A stretch of DNA of 64,000 bases, taken from the NCBI GenBank assembly GCA_043228905.1, contig JBHGNT010000005.1, positions 1,922,001 through 1,986,000 of the forward strand, read 5' to 3'. Below the pieces are notes generated by a model. It was given only the letters and a program-made list of their open reading frames with translations. It searched no databases and had not been told where the DNA came from. The translations under genes were made by a program, and so were the position numbers. Source of the stretch: Azolla caroliniana (taxonomy: Eukaryota > Plantae > Polypodiophyta). Below, one piece after another: positions 1 through 13,100 of this stretch (positions are counted from its first letter, which is position 1; each line of letters starts with the position of its first letter).

Positions 1-3000
1 TGCATGGCGTAGATAGTAAATAGTGATCATTCATAATCATGGACATGCTTACATTCAGTAATGCTTTCATGTCGTTAATTAAGATATAGTAACAATACAA
101 GATCTTCCAACTCCAAAATCAGAATTTATGGAAAAGAAATGCCATAGGTATTGGTTATAATGGCATCATCAAGTAAAAGGCCACTATGCCCATGCATAAC
201 ACTATCTTTGTAGCTCATGTGCACTGAAGAGGAATATAATGGCCTCACCAACACACAAGCAGCTATGCCATTGTGTTAATGCCTTCGTGGCTCACGTGCT
301 CACGTATTCACTAATGCATATAATGAGAAGCAATGCATGCAATTATGAAGGGAAGACGATCCTATAAAACGAGATCCAAAGTAAGTCGATGAAATAGGAT
401 ACAACACTATCTTCTCGCAATGCATGTTTAGGATACAACACTATCTTCTCTCAATATGAGCCATCAAAAGAGAAGTAGAAAGCATGTACATTCGTGTGAT
501 TATCTATGTATAGTGTAGCTACATCACAACATACAAGATATGTCAGAAAGATGTGGCATGAAATCCCCTCTTTTTGTGTCTATAGAAATTCCACCACTAA
601 TAAACTAGTCATGAATGCCGCACATACCATCAAGCTACTATTTTTTGGGTAGTTACTATTGTAGAAATTTCAGTCATTACTGACAAATAGTAATAATAGT
701 AAACCCAAAAGGTTGAAACCACTAGTTTCGGAAAGACTACAGCATGTTGCTTTCTTCATTTTGCCATATAATTCATTTTAGTTTGATACACACAATCGAA
801 TATAAAGAAAATTGTGTACTCAATGCAATCGATCGAGTAAAGAGATTGGTGACGGTAAAAAGTTGTACATATAGAAACTTTATAAAAAAGCTCCACAACT
901 AATAAAAAGAAGGCCTAGTCCAAAGAGAGGTGGTGAACATGTTAAAGGCATGTCAAGGGATAGTGCTAAATTCTGATCATGAGCCTAGTCCACATAAACC
1001 TCATTCTCTAAATCGTCAATGGAGTTTGGGACATTAGAGGAGTTGGGGCCAATCACATTGACATTACGAGTTCCTTTAGGAGACTCACAATCTATATCAA
1101 TTAACATACTACGCGTGTTATAATGTAACAAGATATATCGACTTTTAAGAACAATCGACCTACAAAAAAAACCAACCAGGATTGTTTTTTCATTTTAAAG
1201 AAAAACCATCATAAAAATGAGCTTTTCATTCACTAGACAAACATTTACATAATGAATTTCTTCAACATCAAATTTCATTAAGACGAAATGATTGGTCTCA
1301 GGGGGGCTATGCACAATGTGCATTGATCAATTGATAGATAAATGCTGATTTTGAACAGCCATTTCGTCCAATTCCAAGGCTCGAAATGATTCAAGTTGAT
1401 CTTTGTTTATTCAAAACTCTCGGTAGGTTAACAAGACTTGTTAATTTCCCAAACACTCACAAGTTGAGGATGCTGTGAGGATGCTCTGACGGGAGAAATG
1501 GAGTAGAGACTCACGTGCAATCAGCATTCAATGCTGAACAGTCAAATCTAATCATGATGAGGAATGGTATTCATTCTGTATTATCAAGCTCATGAGCTTA
1601 TTGGATGATCCAATGACCCCCAATTGTTCGTTTTGCGATCAAAATTCATTGGCATAATACCATACAGGCAAATGATCACTATGAAAGGCAATAAGGAGCA
1701 AAAACATGAATCGAAAAGCTCAAATTTTTTATTGCATATTCATGAACTTGGTGAAAAAACAATCACATTCGGAGACGACGGATTTCAATCTTGGAGTAAA
1801 TTACGTCAAGGTCTGATTGCAGGAGCACTTTCCTTCCTAATTGTCAAATCAACAGTCACAATAATTGAATTTGATGAGCCAGAAGAGAAGCTCTTCAATT
1901 CCACAAAGGTTAAATAATGGAGGAAAGTATGAAGGAAGCAATATTGTTAAGCATTGACAATTGTTGTCCGCACTCCAAAACATATTCTGTATTTACCGTC
2001 TACTCAAACGTGTAGCAATGCAGTTAATTTACTCTGGAAAATACTTGTTACCTAGATCACAAACTCTGATAGGTAATTCTGGGCTTCTTTTCATTCAGAA
2101 ACCTGGGGTTTCCGAATGTGCAAAATTAGAAATGATGCTCACTGCAATATCTTGCAATGTGTTAAGCTGTTGCATTAACAGTTATGACGGCAACAAAATG
2201 CATTTGCTGTCTCTGGTTTTGTCGCATTGGTTTGAAGTGCCCTGTTTCTTGTATTTTAACTGTTCATTTACTCGAGTACATGTGCACAGACATGTATACA
2301 TAAGCAGGGGAGAACTCTGTTTTCCATGGATATTATACGAATGTAAGAAACATGTAAAGATGTATATGTGGTGGTATCATTCATGTGTGTGTCGGTAGGG
2401 TCTTACGCGTCTGCAAGACTGCATGAGTGATGTTGCTTGACCTTTGAAAGAGGATGAATGGAAGTAGCTCCATCCTCTCGTACTTTACCAAGAGTACCTC
2501 TCTCCTTCTTGCCCTCTCTACTGTTTCTTATTGCAGTCATACACCATGGCCGAGACGGTGATGCTGCAGGCTCGGAGGGGCTATGATGCTATGTCTGCAT
2601 ATTTGACACATATGCTTTCAGGTACAATACATGTTTCCTTACAATAGAACCCCCCCACAGAGATACACAGACAGTCGCAGAGACAGTACACGTCTTCTGC
2701 AAACAGGAAACCCTAACCCTAGCGCATGGTGCGGCCACAGAGACCGCAGTAAAACGTGCCCTTAGCTATATCACAAACCCTAAACCTAAACCCTAAACCC
2801 TAAATAAAATGTGGGGGTTGCTTTCACACTTGGCCGCCGCAGAGACCTTCTCTAGAAAATGTGCAGCATTCTTCAATATACTTACTCTAAATCTTTCCAT
2901 TCATTTCGTACCCTTCGAGGCTCTTTGAAATCGCCCTCACGAAGACCAACAAACAAACGTCTGCTCGTTTGCTCTCCCGAAACCGCCTCTCGAGAGAGAC

Positions 3001-4249
3001 CGTCTCACTTTACAACTTCGAGCCTCGGTACAAGAGAGCTAGAGTATGTTGAGAATCTTTCGGAGAGGAGGGTGTGCATCGTGCTTCAAGCACTCGTTGG
3101 CATTGAAGGGAGGAATAGTTTGGCAATCATGAGCATTTCATCAACTAAACGTCATAGAAGGTTAGTTCAGGAATCAAGGAAGTCTGAGTGAGGCATTTTG
3201 GGGATCTCCATCACTAGCCATTTTGTTACCCTCAAAAGCTCAACCAAGGTCTCATTTTGTAACAAGTATAAAGAGCCAAATCACTCCAAGGGAAAAATAT
3301 TTGTAGTTAGAGTTCATATTTTCATGTGCCTGTTTCAATTAGTGTCGTATCTCTAGTTTTTATCTTAATCAAACATTTTTTTGACCAATCACATTGTGCT
3401 TCGCACAAAAATTCTTGTTGTTGTCTAAAGTATTACATTTTGCAACTAACTCATTTCCCCATGCATCAATATTTTTATTAAAAGTTATTTGATTCATTGA
3501 ACAGTTGCTTGAATGAACACATGATCCATCATGGCTCCGGCTCATCCCATATTACCTTTTATTCAACCAACCATAAACTACTTACTTGTCGAGCAAGAAT
3601 GGCAAGGAACAATTTCTTATGGAAAGATCTTCATTTAAACTAGTATAAATATTGGCATCATGTCATCGAGGACATGATGCTTCCATGAGGCAAATTCATG
3701 AAGATGGCACACTAAGTTTTATATGCAAATTACTCAAAACTTCACAATGTATGGACACCATCAAAACTATATGCTTTGAAGATATAATTGTATTGTGTAT
3801 ATTGAATAGTTAATGTTATGTGTGGCTAGTTATTTCACCCTCTTATGGTTGATTTAGCTCATACAAAGGTCTTTGTATCCTCTAGACGTTCCCCTCTTAA
3901 TCAAGCTAAGTGCTCAATGTGCGCTTCATTGCCTACAATTCATTGGCACATACACTAGCATTGGTATGAGGAAACACAGGGGGGAGAGAGGAAGGCATGG
4001 AGGGGTAAATATCTTTTTAATGTCCATAGAATTTCAATCTACGAGACAAGGCCAAGCCCATAGTGAAGACGGCACATGGGGTTTCGCATATTTATGACAT
4101 TTCAATGTTAAGCATTAAACCACCATTCCAATAGGCGAAGAGAGTGCACATTTTCAACATCCATGGGGGACTCATTATGATTTACGAGATAAAGCGTAGC
4201 CCATGGCGAGGATAAAGCTTAGGTTCTCCAAATTTTATGATTTTAATCC

Positions 4250-4930
4250 TACAATGTAAACCACCCAACAAACAACTAGAGAGAGAGTCATTTCATACAA
4301 TGTCTAATTGATCGTTAGATTTGGAGTTACATTTCGCTGATTTGGCAAGTCTTGTCTCATTGTTATTCAAAGCAAAGACAAATGGGTATTTGCATAATTC
4401 ACATAGATCGACCTAAAATTAGAGATGGAGATCGTTTTCTTATTTCTGAGATATTAGGGATTGTGTCACAACTAGGATATGTGCAATGCTTATGAAAGTG
4501 ATGATAGGCATGAAGATAGAGAATATCTACAAAACTTGAAGGGAGTACTGATGTGGCAAATTTATTTATTGGAACATAGTTGAATTTCTTTCCTCGGTGG
4601 AGTGTTGATCTTGCTTACCAATATAATGACAATACCACTCAATTGTGCTACCAAAGAAAGGGGTTGGGGGATTATTCTTTCGCACACATTTATGAATATA
4701 ATTGTTTGTTTGCACCAAAGTGGGGGGAGATATGGAAGAATTACACTTGTTGACAATAAAAGAATGACTTATGAGACAAAAAAATATAGCATTTTCACGT
4801 AAGACATGTGAAAGTGAGTAGCGTCTCCTGATGTTTAATAAATTTAGTAATGAATGTCAAAATTGAGAGTGCACATTGTGACTAGGTGAGAAATTCATGC
4901 AAGTGTATCTTCTAGATCTAGAGTTTAAGA
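4250..4930 (+). mobile_element. Highly decayed Ty1/copia RT-RNase H remnant
   Basis: Broken traces of RPD, VSQ, YL.G, ATKE..W, DNK and FH.R in the Copia RT/RH order. Confidence 0.35.
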
Positions 4931-5088
4931 GAGAAAGCTTGGAGCCTCATAAATGACATCATGTAGCAATAATGTGAAACAGGACAAAGGCAAGCACTTA
5001 AATGCAAGGCGAAGTATAAAAACTAACTTATTATCTCTTCCCCACTTATTCTTTTATTTCCCAATGTTGGATAAAAAGCTCTTTTCAG

Positions 5089-5129
<41 letters not shown>

Positions 5130-5920
5130 AGTGTTGGAGTTGAGAGTTTTCGTGTAAATATGTTGAAGTGAATAACACTCTGTTAACATCCTTAAGAATG
5201 GTTAATACTCACTTTTACTCGACTTGCCCCAGTCAACTGGGTGTAAATTGGCTCAAATCCGCCCAAGAAGACTTGAGTGTGAGAGTACTTTGCTCGAGGA
5301 AATTGTGCATTGGGGTAACAACACCTCTAGGACAACACATCATTTTCTTATCTTTGTGGGGGACTAGAGATTGATACTTAAAGCGTTCGGTACACCTTTT
5401 TGTAAGCTCCATGAGCAAAACAAGTGTTAATATTAAGTAAGAAGGTAATAATAAGGGATTCCTCACAATATAAGATGAGCCCAAAACCGAGAAGTTTAGG
5501 CTCCCTAATTATCCATATTAATTGCATCTAGTTTTTTAACTAGTTAGTTGTGAGCTAATTATGTTACTTTTTTTGTTGATCTTTTTCTTTTGTTTGTTCC
5601 AGATTCTTGTCACTAATCACATTATAATTTTCTATTTTCCCTACTTTTTTTTTTAATCCCGTTAAGTACACTAGGTACTCAATAACAATCAAGGGATAAG
5701 ATTGCTTGAGTTGATGGTTTGACATCTCACAATTCAAGGCCCGTAACTATTAAAGACGATTCACCTTAAATTTGAAAAAATAGATCCACGTTGAACCTTC
5801 ATTATTTTGAAGTTTGATTATGGTGATATTGATCAAGTTTTCCTGAATATGCCAACATGACTTATACCTACCTAGGAGTGTTGCACTTCCAAAGGTCTCT
5901 ACCAAGTCTTAAGGGGTTGT

Positions 5921-6377
5921 TGTCATGTGTATACAAAACCCAACAAGCTTTATGGTGATTTGAACCCATGACCTCCTCAAAGAAGGCATACAACCCCATC
6001 CATTAGGACACATCATATTGTACATATCAAATAATAAATTCTATTATATCAATAGGAAATATATATAATAATATTATTGAAATGTCGCCACCTTGCATAG
6101 GCTAACACATGATTGCCAAGGGGCATGCTTGCATGAATGCCAAGTGGCGATCATGCGGGCCTATGAGGTGGCGAGCATGCATGTATCCAAACCCTGCTAT
6201 ATAAACATGTATTTGACTATTGATGAACCATTCTGGTTCAACGCCAGTCTTCGGCATATTCTTGTAAACATTGCTCTCGTTGTTAATATATTATCAAATT
6301 CTTCTTATCTCGCTCATATATTTCGCTTCTCATTCTCTTCTTCATTTTAAAACTCATTCCTAACTTTGGCCCTGACA
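5921..6377 (+). repeat. 5' LTR (457 bp)
   Basis: Starts TGTCATGTGTATAC and ends CCTGACA. Aligns to 11344-11750. Contains TATATAAA at 6198-6205. Confidence 0.95.
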
Positions 6378-6512
6378 GTTTGAACCAAAATCTTCCTCCC
6401 TTCTCTCTTTATTCCTTGTTGTGTGTGTGTGTGTCTTTCACTCTCTGTCTCTCTCTCTCTCTCTTTTCCTTCCTTCCTTCTCCTTGAGAATCTTGCCAAA
6501 CGTTATCCTCTC

Positions 6513-7620
6513 CATGGAGTCAGTTAGCAAACAAGCGTATGTTCGCATCGTCTCTGAACTAGAGCATCTCACAAATAAGTTTGTGGCGTTAGAACAAGAG
6601 AATCAATGATTGCTTGGAGATTTGCAACAAGTAAGCATAGAAAAGGCACAACAATATGATGAGTTATCGATACGTGTATTGCAACTCGAAACAACATTGC
6701 GGTCTCTTCATCAACAAGTTTCAATGCAACAAACCTCTCCCAAAGAACCGAAGATTTGTTTGCCTGGGAAGTTCGATGGTAATCGATCACAGTTTGAAGG
6801 GTTTCTAAACCAAGTACGACTAGTAATTCATATGCACCCTAATAGGTATCTGACTGATGCATCTCAAGTTGGACTAGTTGGGACCCACTTAACAGGAACT
6901 GCATTAGCGCAGTTTGCACCACTGCTAGAAAAGAAGTCTTCTCTTCTCCAAGACTTCGAAGGTTTTATTAGAGAATTTCAAGCAAACTTTGGAGACATTG
7001 ATATTGTTAGAACAACGATTAACAAGATTCAAAGATTGCATCAAGGGGACTGTCCTACCTCTACCTATGCCACAGATTTTCGCCTCCTAGCTTGTGATAT
7101 TCCGTAGGATGAAGAAGCCTTAATGGATCAATTTCGCTATGGACTAAGAAATGATGTAAAGGATTTGCTATTAACTTTTCATGAAGATCCAAGATCACTT
7201 ACAGAAGCGATAAGTCGTGCACTGTGATGTGACAACCGCTTATTCGAGCGACGTTCGGAGCGTCAATTAGTGTCATGACCAAGAACGGATCAAACATATG
7301 CTTCGGTAGCAGCCTTGACGCCTACGAGCACTACCCAAACTTCACACATGATTCCATTAGGTGGTCCAAGTCCAATGGAGATCGATGTAACACGTTGTCG
7401 AGGGCCTTTATCTGAAGCTGAGAAGCAATGACGTTGAGCAAACCGTCTATGTTTGTATTGTGGTGGTCCAAGACACATCTCGATCACATGCCCACATAGG
7501 CCAAAACTTCAAGTAAATCAAGTAAGTATTAGTGAGAATCTTCATTCCAATTCTCTAGTTAGATCGTCTAGCCCTAGTAGTTCCACATGTAATGGTCAGT
7601 CCATAGTTTTGAAGTCTTGA
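6513..7620 (+). pseudogene. gag: gag (sushi/PEG10-like capsid plus CCHC zinc knuckle), interrupted by stops
   Basis: MESVSKQ... coiled coil, then PGKFDGNRSQFEGFLNQV and LHQGDCPTSTYATDFRLLA. Knuckle CLYCGGPRHISITC at about 7450. In-frame stops at 6607 (TGA) and 7105 (TAG), among others. Confidence 0.88.
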
Positions 7621-7675
7621 GTCAACTTGATGAAATATTAAACGAATAAGTCCAACCAAATTCAAAGCCATTTGG

Positions 7676-10600
7676 TTGGACAGTCATGAATATGTAAAGT
7701 CACCCCCAAGTAGTGGTTCCATTTTATCAAATCATGTTAGCATAGTTTTTTTAGCACAAGTTGAGCTTAGCACTTCTAGGTGTCATCGAGTTCTTGCCTC
7801 TACTCTCTTAGATTTAGGAGCCAACTCTTGTTTTATGGACAAAGAATTTGCTTTATTCGAGGAAATCCTATTGAAAAACCTCCCTTGCCCTGCATCTGTT
7901 GTTAGTCATTCATGGTCGCCCTATTTCATTCGGGAATATAGTTGAAGAATCTGAGCCAATCAGAGTAGTTTTTGGTAGCTTTGCTTGTATGATTTCCTTC
8001 AATATAATTAGTAGCCCTGAGCATCCGGTTATCCTTGGTTTGAACTTCATAATCTTGAAATTGACTGGAGAAATCGAACAATCAATGATTTCCAGCAGAA
8101 ACCTGAATCCAGCTGCCTTGTTACTAGCAACCAAGATTCAGAACCTCACCAAACCTCGCCCATCTCTCTACAAAAATTACGAGAAACCGGGCAAACAAAT
8201 GAAATTTTTGTCTTTGCAGTAATAGCAAACCCATCCTCTAGCTCACAAGGGGCAGGTACTCCCCTCCCTACCAAGTACTTGGATTTTGAAGACATCTTCA
8301 ACAAAGCTAAAGCTAGTTCTCTCCCAGACCATCGTCCTTATGATTGTCCTATCAATCTACAACCTGGGAAAGAGCCACCATGGGGCCCAATATATAATCT
8401 ATCACCTTTTGAACTCAAGGCCCTTCAAGAGTATATAGACGAGCACTTAGCAAATGGATTCATTCGACATTCTAAAAGCCCTGCTCGTGCACCCATCTTC
8501 TTTGTCAAGAAGAAAGATGGATCTCTACGACTGGTCGTGGACTATCGAGGTCTAAACAAAATCACAGTTCGAAATAGATATGCTCTACCCTTGATTTCGA
8601 GTTTACTATAGCGTCTTAGTGGAGCGAAAGTTTTCACGAAGCTAGATCTTCAAGGTGCATATAACCTTGTTCGGATACATCCAGGAGATGAATGGAAGAC
8701 AACATTCTGTACTCGATACAGACATTTTGAGTACACGGTTATGCCTTTTGGTCTCATGAATGCCCCCGCGGTTTTTCAACACATGGCGAATGATATTTTC
8801 CGCGATTTTTTGGATTCATTCACCATAGTATATTTTGATGACATCTTGATCTACTTGAAAACTCAAGAAGAGCATGACATACATGTCTGCCAAATCTTCC
8901 AACACTTACGAGAATATGGGCTCTATGCCAAACTTGAGAAATGTAGCTTTGATCAAAACCATGTGGAGTTTCTAGGGTATGTGGTTTCACAACAAGGTAT
9001 ATCTATGGATCCATCTAAGGTTCAGATAGTTCTAAATTGGCAACCACCTCATTCAGTGTGTGATGTTCAATGTTTCTTAGGATCTGCGAATTTTTACCGC
9101 AAATATATCAAGAATTATTCAAACATTGTGATGCCTCTTACAGAGCTTACACGAAAGAACAAGTCATTCACATGGAGTTCTAGTGCAACCAAAGCTTTTG
9201 AAAGCCTAAAGAGAGCATTCACTTTTGCTCCAATTCTACTTCATGCTGACCTAGAAAACCCGTTTATCATCGAGGCGGATGCGTCTAATTTTGCACTAGG
9301 AAGTATCTTGTCACAGACAGGAGATGATGGGAAGCTATATCCAATTGCTTTCCATTCACGCAAATTCGAAGCCGCAAAGATCAATTATGAGATTCACGAC
9401 AAATAGCTTCTAGCCATTATAGACTCGTTTGAACAATGGAGACATTTCTTAGAAGGTTCTCCCCACCAAATCATTGTTTACAATTATCATAAAAACCTCA
9501 CATACTTTCAAAGTGCCAGAGTCTTGAGTCGTCGACAAGCTCGTTGGGCACAGTTTCTAACACATTTTAACTTCGTCATCACATATCGCCCAGGAGTACA
9601 AGGAAAGGCAGATGCTCTCTTACGTTGGGCACAATTTCTAACACATTTTAAGTTCGTCATCACATATCGCCCAGGAGTACAACAAGGAAAGGCAGATGCT
9701 CTCTCACGACAATCTTATTTGGCTCCACAACCAGGAGAGCCCAGATTTGATCATAAAAAACAAATCGTCTTGGGGCCTAATCAGTTACAACTATTAACTA
9801 TTAATGCCTCTCAAGAATTTGAAGATTCAAGTCTTCTTGATTCAATCCAAACATATATAATTTCTGATGAATTTGCTCAAGATATATTGAACCATATAAT
9901 TTCAGATCGCGCTTCTTCTTCAAGCTCCAAGAATCCTCGTAAAGATTATAACCAATTTAAATGGGATAATGGTTTACTTTTTCGCAACACTCTTTTGTAT
10001 GTCCCAAATGGTTCATCTTGACTTCAAGTAATGCAATATTGTCATGACTACCCAATGGTCGGGCACTTTGGAGCTAGTTTCTCAAAACTATTGGTGGCTT
10101 CACCTTCAAGAGTTTGTTGAAGATTATGTTCGTAGTTGTGATGTGTGTTGTCGGTCAAAGATTCCATGACATCAACCATATGGGTTATTACAACCATTGC
10201 CAATTCCTATTGGTTCGTGGAAATCCATCTCAATGGATTTTATTATAGATCTTCCAATTTCGAAGAGTTTTGATGCATTTCTCACTATAGTAGATCGATT
10301 CACAAAGATGACACATTTTCTTCCATGCACAAAAACCATCAACATTAAAGAAACTGTAGACATTGTTATGAAAGAAGTATTTCGGCTTCACAGTCTTCCA
10401 AATGACATCATTAGTGATCGTGGCCCACAATTCATCTCAAATTTATGGAAACACTTGCTTGAGATGCTCAAAATCTCTTGTAAACTTTCGTCAAGCTATC
10501 ATCCACAAAGTGACGGTCAAACCGAGCAGACGAATCAAACATTAGAGCAATATCTTCGGTGTTTCATCAATTACCAACAGGGTGATTGGGTGGATTTTTT

Positions 10601-11343
10601 GCACTTTGCAGAGTTTGCATACAATAATTCAGTTCATTCCTCAACAGAGTATACTCCATTTTTTGCAAACATAGGATATCATCCTTGTTGGACAATGATG
10701 GCACATCCAGAAATCTCGAAAAATCCTGATGTTGAAGATTGTGTGTGTAAACTCCAAGACATGCATATTGCACATTCTCGACATTTGCAAACTGCTCAAG
10801 CCACACACAAAAAAGCCACAGATCGTCACCGTCTCAACTCTTCACCAAAGGAACTGAAGTTTCGAATTAGGGATCGTGTATGGTTACTACAACGTAATGT
10901 GAAGACTACTAGACCTTGTGACAAGTTGGATTATCAACAACTTGGTCCATTTATTATCTCCAATTAGATTAATGATGTTGCATTATGCCTTGATCTACCT
11001 CCACAGATGCATCTACATCCGGTGTTTCATGTCTCATTGTTGGAATCCTACATTGGTAGTTCCATTCCAAATCGGGTTGTTCTACCCCCACCTCCAATTC
11101 AACTTGTTGATGGCCTAGAATTTGAAATCAAAGCTATTCTGGACTCTAAGATAATACGTAAAAAACTTTATTATCTCGTGGATTGGTTACGATATACACC
11201 AAATGATCATACTTGGGAGCTAGTTGAGAACCTTGATAATGCCTCTGACTTGGTGGCTGAATTTCATCGCCAATATCCAAATAAGCCAAGTTCGAATTCA
11301 TGCATTACGACTCATGGAACTCGTTATCAAAGGAGGGGGATAG
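7676..11343 (+). pseudogene. pol: pol: protease, RT, RNase H, integrase, chromodomain (stops and frameshifts)
   Basis: [45 protein letters not shown] and VYFDDILIY. RH IEADASNFALG. IN SMDFI, SDRGPQF and HPQSDGQTEQTN. Chromodomain FEIKAILDS...YLVDW...TWE at 11120-11290. Confidence 0.93.
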
Positions 11344-11750
11344 TGTCATGTGTATACAAAACCCAATAAGCTTTATGGTGATTCGAACCCATGCCCTCCT
11401 CAAAGAAGGCATACAACCCCATCCATTAGGATACATCATATTATATATATTGAATAATAAATTCGGTTATATCAATAGGAAATACATATAATAATATTAT
11501 TGAAATGTTGTCACATTGCTTAGGCTGACACAGGATTGCCAAGGGGCATGCTTGCATGAATGCCAAGTGGCGATCATGCGTGTATTTGACTATTGATGAA
11601 CCATTCTGGTTCAACGCCAGTCTTCGGCATATTCTTGTAAACATTGCTCTCGTTGTTAATACATTATCAAATTCTTCTTATCTCTCTCATATCTTTCGCT
11701 TCTCGTTCTCTTCTTCATTTAAAAACTTGTTCCTAACTTTGGTCCTGACA
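11344..11750 (+). repeat. 3' LTR (407 bp)
   Basis: Same termini as the 5' LTR. Lacks the 50 bp corresponding to 6158-6207. Confidence 0.95.
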
Positions 11751-11759
11751 GTTGCCTTC

Positions 11760-13100
11760 CTCACAATGGGTTGGTTGAGGATTTGGGGGGTCTCACTCCT
11801 CAATTGCAAAGACCATAGCTCCACTCCATGGAACCATTAAACGCCTCGAAGGCTTCTCAAGTTAATAAAAAATAAACACACACCTAATCACCACAATAAT
11901 TAAGCAATGGGTTAGTTTTGATTAAAGAGATCATTAGTACACATTAAACATGCAAGGTGTGTCTCAATTAAGTAGATAATACTAAGCAGAAAACATGTAT
12001 ATCTCGATTAATTAACGTGGAATAGTTACACGGAGGAAAGTGGCTCTTTGTGGATACAAAGGGGGCATAGAATACAAATCAAGAGTGTTATGTGCATACC
12101 CATAACTGATCAAGACATCAATTTTCCGTAGTTTTTCCTAATCTTATGATGAATATGTGGGGGTTAATTTTGAAAGGAAGAAGGGTATGAAATTTGAATT
12201 ATATAAGCCTGTTAGCCATTAACCATTCATATACGATAAAGGGTAGTTAGTTACCCACAAATTATGATCATGTTCCATACACAGATTTGGCCTATTGCTT
12301 GTATCTTCGATTGGAAACAATAAGCCTTGTAAGGTTGTTAAAACTATGCGAATGCAACATCCATATCAGTCTAATGGTCATCAATAAATTGAGTTGAGCA
12401 AGGAAACATAGCCTTAGACTTTCAAGTTTATCGAGGGGGGGAGGGTGACCTTATTACCTCATCATGCCAGATATTATTGTTACTACACAGTGCGTTTGGG
12501 TGTAGTGGGGACATGGTAGAGCTTGGCATGCGACCACTCTCACTCACTTCCATAATGGGGATTTTCCCTATGCTGTCAATGACCATGCAAAACACATTGT
12601 GTATGTTATCCTCCTCTCTTGATGCCTATGTTTATTACTACATTTTCACTTGAACCACTCAAGGGTTAACATTCAACCTCGATTATTAAGTGCATACCTA
12701 CAACACATTCATGGGATGGCCCCAATGAAGTTGGTGGTCATAGGCAATGGTTTAGAGTCGAAGCATTGTAGGTATAATTCAACATGGAGTTTCATGCCAT
12801 CCACTTGAAAAGGACATTAAGACTAGGTATGCCTTGGAGTAGTATAAACTAATGTAGTCCTCATGTAGTGTAATGTGTTACGCCTAATATGTGTGTTTGC
12901 GTGGATTATGGAGAAGTAGGAATCCATTTGGGTTGATCGATAACATACACACATGAAACCCATGACAAGGGCAATATTTGTCAACAGTCGGTGACCATGA
13001 TGAAGCTACTTAGTGGGTAGCAAGCGAATGTGGCGTATGACTAATGTTTGCAATGGTTTATGTCTTGAGATGAAAAGGCCTTAACTGTTTGAAAGGTAAC
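11760..13100 (-). mobile_element. Old Gypsy integrase-like remnant, probable host of the nested chromovirus
   Basis: Decayed traces resembling L.PLP...W (about 12740) and H.QTD (about 12370). Only weakly recognisable. Confidence 0.25.

Larger units (their letters stand above)
5921..11750 (+). mobile_element. Full-length, decayed Ty3/gypsy chromovirus LTR retrotransposon (Tcn1/sushi-like)
   Basis: Two LTRs with TGTCA...TGACA termini. Flanking 5-bp TSD GTTGT (5916-5920) / GTTGC (11751-11755), one mismatch. PPT AAAGGAGGGGGATAG just before the 3' LTR. Internal order is gag-PR-RT-RH-IN-chromodomain. Confidence 0.96.

Noticed and set aside
1624-2398. Plus-strand ORFs 1624-1917 and 1961-2398 as genes
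   Set aside because: Non-ATG starts, no recognisable domain and no consistent exon chain.
5954-6011. Functional tRNA gene
   Set aside because: The acceptor and anticodon stems do not pair. It is reported only as a tRNA-derived cassette within the LTR.
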